Shown here piece after piece: positions 1 to 10,539 of a DNA stretch of 45,562 bases (position 1 is its first letter; each line of letters begins with the position of its first letter). Origin of the DNA: Nemertoderma westbladi (Eukaryota; Animalia; Xenacoelomorpha); the NCBI GenBank assembly GCA_032718475.1, contig JAUCBJ010005501.1, forward strand, positions 1-45,562. The letters run 5' to 3'. A model generated the notes under the pieces. That model did not search any database and was not told the DNA's origin. It saw only the letters and a program-made list of their open reading frames with translations. The position numbers and the translations under genes are program-made.

Positions 1-149
1 TCGCTCTCGTTAAAGTTGTACGTAGTTTAATTTCGTTTTATATTAATATTAAATTGTACTGTACATAGTTACATCTTTATCGTTGAGTCGTACAATTCTC
101 ACGTTCTCGGTAAAGTTGCACATGTACATAGTGTAATTACGTTTTATAT

Positions 150-330
150 TGGTTTTAGGTTAGCATAGTGTAATATTGTATTTGTAACCAAGTAACATAA
201 AGGACCCCCTTGGAAATAAGCTGCAAAGCTTTAGGGGTAAACCTATATGCTACAGTATGTTGGACAATACCTATATGCATTATTTGGTGCATCTGTTATT
301 GATTTTTACATGTATAAATAAATCTATCCA
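150..330 (+). mobile_element. Possible 3' end of a CR1/L2-group LINE or related SINE
   Basis: AT-rich tract with GGACCCCCTTGGAAATAAGCTG...TAGGGGTAAACC followed by AATAAA (~316). Resemblance is from memory of such 3' UTRs only; no ORF. Confidence 0.2.
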
Positions 331-332
331 TT

Positions 333-505
333 TGTCTTATTCATTTGTTTTATATGGGACGCCAATTTAGATGTAAAAGGTTTACAATGTGCCAACTATA
401 AATATGTGAACAATTTGCCAATTTCGTGAACAAAAGACTACATAACGCCAGTATGTATGTAAAATAGTTATATTTCGCCAAAAGTGACGATAGCCAATAT
501 GATCT
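333..505. repeat. Dispersed direct repeat module A, copy 1 (others at ~1786-1960 and ~3870-3977)
   Basis: Shared TTTGTTTTATATGGGA...ACGCCAATTTAGATGTAAAA.GTTTACAATGTGCCAACTATAAATA... in three diverged copies. Confidence 0.85.
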
Positions 506-584
506 TATTGTGTGGTTCTGCTTAGGTTCTGGATACGACATGGTTCATTGTGTGTCTTTGAGGAATGATTCTGTTTTGCGTTTT

Positions 585-865
585 AAAGTAAAGTAAAGTA
601 AAAAAAGTAAATTTTCTTCGGCCGCTTGGCCAGGGATTACGCACAAAGTCTGATTTCCAGTGCGGTCCCCCCAGAACTTAACTCCCCAGAGGAAACTCTA
701 GTACTCATTTAGCTACCACTTAAGGATGCAAGGCAGAGATGAGCCCTGGCTGGTCCCTTTAAAGCATTCGTGCCGGAACAAAAACTGCCCTGGCCCATGT
801 AAGGATCGAAACCACAACCTACAGGAGATGTGAATTCAATGCAACCACCACACCAAGGTAGAACC
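585..865 (-). mobile_element. tRNA-derived SINE, apparently full length
   Basis: Minus strand: A-box-like TGGTGTGGTGG, B-box-like GTTTCGATCC, body motif CTCTGCCTTGCATCC...TAAATGAGTAC (related to the 37105 motif) and a (TACTT)n tail at 585-610. No TSD found. Confidence 0.7.
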
Positions 866-1054
866 TAATGTGGTTGAGTATTTTAGTCAGCACAGACTCG
901 TCTTCATTACAACTATCATTGCACTCGTTTAATAAGTCTGCGTTCACCAAAATAAATGGGCTGGTCCAGACCGACCCCAATAAGCTAAACTTGGTGAATG
1001 CAATCACTGATCAGCCGACGGCAGCCATCTGATCGGTAGGTTTCTCCTCACGAT

Positions 1055-1195
1055 TGAAGGCATTCTCAAGAGGCAGGCCAAGAGATGACATTAAGAGTGG
1101 AGCCCCAAAGGGGATGGGACGGCTGATGAAACGAACATATGTGTGAACAATAAACATCCACTGGGAAGCAGCACCGAAAACTTGCACCAATCACG
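1055..1195. repeat. Direct repeat, second copy at 4028-4169
   Basis: TGAAGGCATTCTCAAGAGG...CCAAGAGATGACA.TAAGAGTG...TCCACTGGGAAGCAGCACC...CCAATCACG in both places. Confidence 0.85.
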
Positions 1196-1410
1196 TTTCA
1201 GTACTGGTATTGGTATGACGGACTGTTCAATGTCTAGGTACGCCCTACAAGTAATAATGACAAGGTTTTAATGTTGTTCATGTTAAGGTTAGGATAAAGA
1301 TTCGTATTATGCGATCAGACAACTTTAATGATGGGGGTTTTTTCAATTTTAATGACCGGTTTTTTTAATTTAAATGATAGGGGTTTATTTATGACATATA
1401 AATATGAAAT

Positions 1411-1746
1411 ATGATGCTAAATATGTTAACAATTTGCCAATGAGGTTATTAAGTCTACATATCGCCAGGTTATATGTAAAATGGTTTCAATACGCCCAGA
1501 GTAAGGGTATGGTTCAGTTTTGCGTTATCGTTATTATGGTTTCATGTAAGGGTTCTGTTTCAAGATATGATTATGATTCGGGTACGGCTTTAGATCTCTT
1601 AAGGTCACAGTGCAGGTAATGATACCGGTATGGTTTTGTTATGATCCATATTATGGTTCAGATTAAGGTTTGGCTATTGGTTCAGTGGCTTTCCAAACAA
1701 ATTACTGTACGCTGGACATTCCTAAATATTACCCGCAGAATTCTGC
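1411..1746. repeat. Direct repeat module B, uninterrupted copy; the paralog is split into ~2150-2308 and ~3670-3862
   Basis: ATGCTAAATATGT.AACAATTTGCCAATG...TTCTGTTTCAAGAT|ATGATTCGGGTA...AATATTACCCGCAGAAT. Provides the empty site for the 2311-3669 transposon. Confidence 0.85.
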
Positions 1747-3290
1747 TCAGTTAATTTTGTGGTTTCTGACATATAAAAAATAACATGTCTTATCAATTTG
1801 TTTTATATGGGAATTTGAATTGAAACGCCAATTTAGATGTAAAATGTTTACAATGTGCCAACTATAAATATGCAAATTTCGTGAATAAAAGACTACATAA
1901 CGCCAGTATCTACGTAAAATGGTTTTAATTCGACAAAAATTGTCGATAGCCAATATGATCTCTTCAGCTCTTCATATATTGTATAATTATATATAATGTA
2001 TATTATATTATTATATAATAGGAGCTCTTCATAGCATTTCTACTAAGTATATTCTGGCACACGAACATCAAAAAACTTGTCTCAATTTGTAATATTTACG
2101 AACATGTAATGAAACACCAATTTTGTTATAAAATATTCGGCATGCGCCAGATGCTAAATATGTAAACAATTTGCCAATGTGGTTATTAAAAGTCTACATA
2201 TCGCCAGGGTATATGTAAAATGGCTTCAGTACGCCCAGAGTAATGGTATGGTTAAGTTTTGCGATTTTTGGTGTTATGGTTTCATGTTATAGTTCTGTTT
2301 CAAGATTTTATCGTCCCTTTCATTTTCAAACAACCTAAATGACAAAAATGTATTTTCCTGTAAAACGGCATTTTCGATTCTAATTTTGTTTGAAAGTAAT
2401 ATTCCCGGATTTTGGTCTTATTTACTTTTGAATCCATTAAATTTAACGATTTTAAACGAAAAAAGTTATGGTATTGGAATTATGTAACATATTAGGTAGG
2501 AAACAATGTATAGGGATATAGGTTGTTTCAAAAAAAATATTTCATTTTTCACAATGATCACTCAAAAATTATTAAAACCCTTAAGACGAATTCGATTATT
2601 AAGTTTTAAAAATATAAAACAAATCTCCCTCTATCATAATAAACAACAATTCTAGCTCCTGATTCGTTGTTTCCAATTTTAAATCAACGTTTCGTAAATT
2701 TCTTTATCATGCGGTCTATGCAAAACTGGCATATAGGTGGTTTTGAAAAGTTAAATATCTCAGTTATACGTGGGAGGGGGCATGGCCTTCTAAGTGTGTT
2801 AATCGGATTCAGAATACATTTTGATTATTGATAGTAACAATGTGTTGGCAAGCTGTATTTTTCGAGGTGTTTGTTATTTTACTTTTATAAGAAGGGATCT
2901 AGGGGTCTTAACCTCGAATGATAAGTTTATTTTACCGAAAATAACTTATCTTTTATTGGCGCAATTGTAGGACTAATCCCATCACATGCGTACTTTTTAA
3001 CCGGGTAGTGTACAAATTTAGGAATCGCGTAATTTTTCTTGAAATTAATATCTCATATCTCTCCAAACCATGTGATGGGATTAGTCCTACAATTGCGCCA
3101 ATAAAAGATAAGTTATTTTCGGTAAAATAAACTTATCATTCGAGGTTAAGACCCTAGATCCCTTCTTATAAAAGTAAAATAACAAACACCTCGAAAAATA
3201 CAGCTTGCCAACACATTGTTACTATCAATAATCAAAAATCAGGGGCTAAAAAATGGCAGCTGTCTTTGAAATTAATACTCCATATCTCAA

Positions 3291-3353
3291 GAACATGTGG
3301 CCTAGTGGTTGTAGTCTCGGCTTCCGCCTCGAGGTCCCAGGTTCGAATCCGAC
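3291..3353 (+). promoter_or_regulatory. tRNA-like internal RNA Pol III promoter
   Basis: A box TGGCCTAGTGG (3298-3308) and B box GGTTCGAATCC (3340-3350), both consensus-quality with tRNA-like spacing; no full cloverleaf. Confidence 0.8.
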
Positions 3354-3396
3354 ACCACGCTGATGAGACCCAGTAAGGTCGAAACGCGTACGTGGT
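3354..3396 (+). ncRNA. Minimal type I hammerhead ribozyme
   Basis: Stem I ACCACG (3354-59) / CGTGGT (3391-96); core CTGATGA (3360-66); stem II GACC-cagtaa-GGTC; GAAA (3381-84); palindromic minimal stem III ACGCGT; predicted cleavage after GUA (A3390). Confidence 0.88.
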
Positions 3397-6392
3397 TTGG
3401 AGAGATATGAGATATTAATTTCAAGAAAAATTACGCGATTCCTAAATTTGTACACTACCCGGTTAAAAAGTACGCATGTGATGGGATTAGTCCTACAATT
3501 GCGCCAATAAAAGATAAGTTATTTTCGGTAAAATAAACTTATCATTCGAGGTTAAGACCCCTAGATCCCTTCTTATAAAAGTAAAAGAATACATTTTAAC
3601 ATAGAGAAACGCAGAAATCACCATTTCGGCAAAAATGGCATATAGGTGGTTTCAAAATGAAAGGGACGATATGGTTATGATGATTCGGGTAAGTCTTTAG
3701 ATCTCTTAAGGTCACAGTGCAGGTGATACCGGTATGGTTTTGCCTATGATTTTGAAGGTCCATGTATGTTATGGTTCAGTTGATGTAAATAATGTGGCCT
3801 TCGAAACAAATTACAGTACACTGGACTGGACATTCCTAAATATTACCCGCAGAATCATTCTGCTTATTATTAATTTGTTTTATATGGGAATTTGAATTGA
3901 AACGCCACTTTAGTTGTAAAATGTTTACAGTGTGCCAACAATAAATAGGTCAACAATTTGCCAATTTCGTGAATAAACTCGTCTCCATCACTAGACTGGT
4001 TGCGCTCGTACTGTTTCGCATCACAAATGAAGGCATTCTCAAGAGGGAGCCCAAGAGATGACAATAAGAGTGAAGCCTCAAAGGGGAAAGGAACGGCCTA
4101 CGAAACTAATATAGTTGTGGGCAGTAACTATCCACTGGGAAGCAGCACCACAAACTTGCGCCAATCACGCTTCTGTATTTAATTTTTGTATATTGGCTGT
4201 TTGGTATAACTGGTACATGCGATGCAGCCTGCAGGATAAAAAGTCTAAATTAGATCCTAAAAAACCTGACTTTGGTGAACCTAGCAAACTTCTTAGGCTT
4301 CTTATGCGAACATAAATCGTAAATTGCTGATAATTTACTGTAGGTCCCGTGTTTTTACTTAGGCCTATATACCACAATAAATGCCATTAATAGTCACCCC
4401 ATGAGTTTATAGCTTTAATTAATATTATGCTCATTTTAATTGTTTATATTAAAAATGGTTTATTTTTTATTGCTAGCCAGGGTGCCGTCAAAAAGAATTA
4501 TAAATCGTTCCCCAGGAACATATGCTTTTTTCGTTGCATGAAATACAAGAGATGATAGGATGATGACAAACGCCACTTATGATGAATTTTTTGGTCTTAA
4601 GTAGCATTATCGCCATTGTGGCGTTAAGATGACGTGCCTACAAAACGCCATTATATCCCGCAGAACGCCCTCATCTTATATAAACAGGTCGCAAAAGCGC
4701 CAATATACATATTTCGACATGGCGTATTTGTTAAGCGCAACATCTATATATATATATTATGCCTGTTATATATAATTCCTGGAAATAGGTGGCAAAGTCG
4801 AAACGAACCTCAGGTGCGAATGGTGATAAATTTGAATCTGATGCACTTATGAATCAAGAGTTGATCATATTGATCCATTACCTCATACCGAAATTATTCC
4901 CACAAAAACTTCCACATCAGTCTTGTTTCCCACCGCATTATATGTTCTGTAGATGTTCTAGTAACTGTTTAAATTGCCAAGATTGGAATTGGTGTAATAA
5001 TCTCTTACTTAATGAGAGAATGTCAGAGTTGTGAAGTGCAACTACAGGTGTTTTGATTAATCATGCAGACCGAACAATGGAACCGAAAACTAGCGCTACT
5101 CCAAATGTGACGGTTGGCTAAAGGGGGTAACAGACGTTTCGGTCTAACACGTTTTGGCCTAGGACGTTTCGGCCCAATGAATGAATTACAAGATTTGCTT
5201 GTCGGACGTTTTGGCCCAAAGATGCACTTTACTCCCTTAAATAATAATATTAAATAATAATAATAAGTTATTCAATATATTTGTTTTTGTTTTGTAGTTG
5301 TTACGTTCGTTACAAGAGGAGTTGTCAGTAGGAACTGCTCCGACACCTGTTTGAAAGTCGTCAAGATCGAAGTTCTACATTACATTTATAAATAATAACT
5401 AATGTAATATTATTATTATTATTTATTAATATAAATTTACACCGAACTGTAACTTAGAACAAAGATAACATATTATGCTGATAAATTAACTTTAGTATTA
5501 TGATGATGGGGTTTCCCCCATGACCCAACCGATCAACTGATGTTGCAATTACTACGCGTCGCCGCGTTAGGGAATACTGATGGCTGAAAGCCGGGTAAAA
5601 TAAGAGTTTGTTGTTAATTATCGTTGTTAATAATTATGAAGGAGTATGTATTGACACTCGCTTAAATGTTAGGTGATTATTGAAATTAATTTAGTATAAG
5701 TTAACAATAATGTATTCCATGAAATGAGATTCTCAGTGATTCATGCATTCGTCTTTCGAGCTTACCGTTTTAGTTGCATCATTCAACTTAGCCTGTGTTT
5801 TGTATTGGTTACAATCTTCCAGAAACTTAGGTGTGGGTGGGTAGTGGGTGGGTGGTCTCGGTGTGTGGGGTAGGGTAGCGGGTTTGTGTATGTTGATTTT
5901 ATGTTCATTTTCGTCGGAGATCGGGAGTGGGAGAGGTGATGAGTTGGGGCAGTTCCGCGGCAATAATAATACTGCCCCTCAATAAAGAGACCCCCTTTAC
6001 TGCTATCAGGGACGCGTTGTTCGACAGAGCCCCGTCAGCAAAAACAGTCAGTACCGCTAGTCGGTGGGGTTGACTTGTTGACGAGAGGCTATTTACAGGC
6101 GCATCGGTCAACCATTACTGACCAAGGCTCAGATAGTTTACCGTTAAATTAATTACAGCCCAATCAGTATATAATATTAGTTACGGATGATGGTGAAAAC
6201 TGTGCGACATCCTACATAAATGATATAGCCAACAGAATTGGTAGGAACGTGATATCAATATGTTTAAAAACAGGGAAAAACACAACAACGTAGGCTTAAC
6301 ACGTATAATTGGCCATCCAAACAATACACATCCCAATAATCGCTTGGTGTCCTTCATTAGTCGGCATATACCAGCCTCACAATTCCAATCTC

Positions 6393-8326
6393 CCCTTGGT
6401 GTTCCACATTGTTGCTCATTTCTCCCCATTGTTGCTCATTGCTCCGCATTGTTGCTCGTTGTTGCTCATCAGTGCTCATTATTGCTCGGTGTTCCACAGT
6501 GTTGCTCATTGCTCCCCATTGTTCCTCATTGTTGCTCATTTCTCCCCATTGTTTCTCGTTGTTGCTCATTATTGCTCGTTGTTGCTCGGTGTTCCACATT
6601 GTTGGTCATTGTTGCTCATTGCTACCCATTGTTCCTCATTGTTGCTCATTTCTCCCAATTGTTACTCGTTGTTGCTCATTATTGCTCGTTGTTGCTCGGT
6701 GTTCCACATTGTTAGTCATTGTTGCTCATTGCTCCCATTGTTACTCGGTGTTTCACATTGTTTCTCATTGCTCCCCATTGTTACTCGTTGTTGCTCATTT
6801 CTCCCCATCGTTACTCATTGTTGCTCATTTCTCCCCATTGTTTCTCGTTGTTGCTCATTATTGCTCGTTGTTGCTCGGTGTTCCACATTGTTAGTCATTG
6901 TTGCTCATTGCTCCCATTGTTACTCGGTGTTTCACATTGTTGGTCATTGTTGGTCATTGCTACCCATTGTTCCTCATTGTTGCTCATTTCTCCCCATTGT
7001 TACTCGTTGTTGCTCATTGCTCCCCATTGTTCCACATTGTTGGTCATTGTTGCTCATTGCTACCCATTGTTCCTCATTGTTGCTCATTTCTCCCCATTGT
7101 TACTCGTTGTTGCTCATTATTGCTCGTTGTTCCCCATTGTTGCTCGTTGTTCCTCATTGTTACTCGTTGTTGCTCATTGCTCCCCATTGTTACTCGTTGT
7201 TGCTCATTATTGCTCGTTGTTGCTCGGTGTTCCACATTGTTAGTCATTGTTGCTCATTGCTCCCATTGTTACTCGGTGTTTCACATTGTTTCTAATTTCT
7301 CCCCATTGTTACTGGTTGTTGCTCATTTCTCCCAATCGTTACTCGTTGTTGCTCATTTCTCCCCATTATTACTCGTTGTTGCTCATTGCTCCCCATTGTT
7401 CCTCATTGCTCCCCTTTGTTACTCGTTGTTGCTCATTATTGCTCGTTGTTGCTCGGTGTTCCCCATTGTTGCTCATTGCTCCGCATTGTTGCTCATCATT
7501 GCTCGTTGTTGCCCGTTGGTCATTGTTGCTCATTGCTCCACATTGTTCCTCATTGCTCCCCATTGTTACTCGTTGTTGCTCAATTCTCCCCATTTTACTC
7601 GTTGTTGCTCATTGCTCCCCATTGTTACTCGTTGTTGCTCATTGCTCCCCATTGTTACTCGTTGTAGCTCATTTCTCCCCATTGTTCCTCATTGTTGCTC
7701 ATTGCTCCCCATTGTTACTCGTTGTTGCTCATTATTGCTCGTTGTTGCTCGCTGTTCCCCATTGTTGCTCGTTTCTCCTCATTGTTGCTCATTGCTCCCC
7801 ATTGTTACTCGTTGTGGCTAATTATTGCTCGTTGTTCCCCATTGTTGCTCGTTGTTCCTCATTGTTGCTCATTGCTCCCCATTGTTACTCGTTGTTGCTC
7901 ATTATTGATCGTTCTTGCTCGGTGTTCCCCATTGTTGCTCGTTGTTCCCCATTGTTGCTCGTTGTTGCTCATTGCTCCCCATTGTTACTCGTTGTTGCTC
8001 ATTATTGCTCGTTCTTGCTCGGTGTTCCCCATTGTTGCTCGTTGTTCCCCATTGTTGCTCGTTGTTCCTCATTATTACTCGTTGTTGCTCATTGCTCCCC
8101 ATTGTTCCTCATTGTTGCTCATTGCTCCCCATTGTTACTCGTTGTTGCTCATTATTGCTCGTTCTTGCTCGGTGTTCCCCATTGTTGCTCGTTGTTCCCC
8201 ATTGTTGCTCGTTGTTCCTCATTGTTGATCATTGCTCCTCATTGTTACTCGTTGTTGCTCATTATTGCTCGTTCTTGCTCGGTGTTCCCCATTGTTGCTC
8301 GTTGTTGCTCATTGCTCCCCATTGTC
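6393..8326. repeat. Complex minisatellite of 9-12-bp subunits (CATTGTTGCT / CATTGCTCCC / CGTTGTTGCT variants)
   Basis: Continuous reiteration of related subunits; produces overlapping low-complexity ORFs in all three + frames. Confidence 0.95.
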
Positions 8327-8683
8327 GTTCTTGGACTTACTCTGGACTTACTGGTTCACTTTACTTAACTTTATATTCTTTATGATAAGGAGGGAGGTTT
8401 CCGTTTGTGTTAAACAATATCTGATTTGATTTATAATCATTTAATAATTCTATTAATTCTATTAATTCTAATAACTCATAACAATTTGCTTTAAAATGAC
8501 AGTGATTGGCACATTAATTAAATATTAGTTGTTTGCAACGATAATAATTAAACACAATGAATCCGCACTTTATGGAAAAATATACAAAACAAATGTTCAG
8601 ATCAGATGCGTTATAAACAAATTACAAGTTGTAGATATTGTGCAGGTTAAAAATTCAGAGAGCCGTCCTTCAAACAGTGAATA

Positions 8684-8705
8684 TCTAATATATATAAATC
8701 TCGAT

Positions 8706-8737
<32 letters not shown>

Positions 8738-10025
8738 ATCAGCTATACAATCGAACCCATCTCGATGAAATCTCGCTTGCTATAGCTCGTTAGAAAGGTC
8801 TCGCTCTAACTCGTTGCAACGTAATACTCAGAGTCGTCTGAAGTTCACCCGTCTGCCGCTAGAGGGCGATTTTCGTGATTTTCGGGCGAAATTTATCGAA
8901 TTATTTCGGTTCTTCTATCGGTAATTAATGATTTAGAGGGCTAACATTTATCCCACCTGGTATAAAATTAACATGGGTAGATTCGCCGTGTCCCATTCTC
9001 ACAAAGTTTTTATTTTATTCGAGTGTTTAATATAAATATGTATGCTTATTTATTGATTAAAAATCAAATAGTGTATAAATATGTCATATTCGCCAAGCAC
9101 GATCGAATTGGCCTATTGCTATTGAATAGGGAAGGATTGTTTTCTGTATCATAGCAACGTTAAGGTAATTATTGAACTCGCAGCTAGCTGGCTGGGCACA
9201 GATAAGGAGCAAGCAGGCTGGAGTGTTGATTGGGGTGGGTTTGGGTTGTCTATTGCTAATTGCTCAGAGTAATTCTGCTTTTTCAATCATTGGCTGCATG
9301 GAAGGAGAGGTTTATAACATTTTTGTTTTACTGTTATGAATATTAAAAGGAAAATAATTATTTCTGTAGGCCTATACTTACTGTATTATTATTTTATCTA
9401 ATAGTATACATCTAATCTCGATGAAATCTCGCTTACTATAGCTCGTTAGATAGGTCTCGCCCTAAGTCGTTGCAACGTAATACTCAGAGCCGTCTGAAGT
9501 TCCCCCGTCTGCCGCTAGAGGGCGAAATATCTGATAGTGAACACCTCATCCCATTTGGTTCTTTTTAATCCTATTGAGCTGGAACTTGGCAGGAGTCTAC
9601 TACAGCATATTCTGTATCTTTACGGAGTCCCAGAGTCGTCTACAGTTCTTCAGTCTACCGCTAGAGGGTGAAATGTCTGAATGTGAACATCTACACCAAT
9701 TTTGTTATTTACAATCTGTTTAAGCTGAAACTTGAAAGGCAGGCATTTTACTTCACCATAAACCCAATCTTTACCAAACTGCAGCGCCGTCTGCATTTCA
9801 CCAGTCCGCAGGTAGAGGGTGGATCTGAAAGTGATCATTTTCTGGAAATTTTGTTATTTACAATCTGCCTAAAGTTGAAACTTGACAGTTATCTCTTATG
9901 GGGGTGGTGTTTTATTTAATGATGGTGTCTGTTCCGTATGCAGTTCTCAAATCTCCCACACATATTCATATATCATCTGCACGTGCACTAGAAAGCTGTG
10001 GCCCGAAGGGCCACAGGCTTTCTAG
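8684..10025 (+). mobile_element. Helitron unit 1 (short; most of the internal satellite is missing)
   Basis: TC start, CTAG end joined directly to the next TC. Confidence 0.9.
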
Positions 10026-10539
10026 TCTAATATATATAAATATCGATTGTCTGTCTGTCTGTCTGTCTGTTTGTCATCAGCTATACAATCGAACCCATCT
10101 CGATGAAATCTCGCTTGCTATAGCTCGTTAGAAAGGTCTCGCTCTAACTCGTTGCAACGTAATACTCAGAGTCGTCTGAAGTTCACCCGTCTGCCGCTAG
10201 AGGGCGATTTTCGTGATTTTCTAATATATATAAATATCGATTGTCTGTCTGTCTGTCTGTCTGTTTGTCATCAGCTATACAATCGAACCCATCTCGATGA
10301 AATCTCGCTTGCTATAGCTCGTTAGAAAGGTCTCGCTCTAACTCGTTGCAACGTAATACTCAGAGTCGTCTGAAGTTCACCCGTCTGCCGCTAGAGGGCG
10401 AATTGTTCGATACTGAAAACCTGATCTCATTGGGTTGTTTTTAATGCTTTTGAGCTGAAACTTGGTTGCTATATACTGCAGCAGCAGCATAGGCTGTATA
10501 TTTCCGGTCCACAGTTTTATGTTGTCCACAGTTCCCCAG

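Larger units (their letters stand above)
2823..3585 (+). mobile_element. Retrozyme-like insertion: ~1.27 copies of a 406-nt unit (3069-3586) preceded by an inverted 252-nt copy (2819-3070)
   Basis: 12-bp direct repeat AGAATACATTTT at 2811-2822 and 3586-3597. CATGTGATGGGATTAG... recurs at 3069 and 3475 (period 406). 2819-3070 is the reverse complement of 3393-3474 plus 3069-3237. Contains Pol III boxes and a hammerhead. Confidence 0.75.
2311..3669. mobile_element. Non-autonomous TIR DNA transposon (MITE-like); superfamily uncertain
   Basis: 27-bp imperfect TIRs TCGTCCCTTTCATTTTCAAACAACCTA (2311-2337) and TAGGTGGTTTCAAAATGAAAGGGACGA (3643-3669), flanked by TA on both sides; interrupts module B at an ATAT site. 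Alternative reading: 4-bp TTAT/ATAT TSD with CGTCCC ends, which would be Sola1-like. Confidence 0.85.

Noticed and set aside
3295-3396. A 95-nt retrozyme monomer bounded by ATGTGGC/ACGTGGT
   Set aside because: Only a 5-of-7 match; the 406-nt period is supported by >100 bp of near-identical sequence.
5131-5220. Four ACGTTT(C/T)GG(C/T)C motifs as the end of a DNA transposon
   Set aside because: Suggestive of subterminal repeats, but no matching opposite end or TSD was found.
6260-8429. Many long Cys/Leu/His-rich ORFs
   Set aside because: Open in all three frames because the minisatellite lacks stops on that strand; no consistent frame or domain.
8736-8742. Other CTGATGA words (1123; minus strand in Helitron 5' ends; ~41818; ~42347) as hammerheads
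   Set aside because: No stem II followed by GAAA and no closing stems seen.
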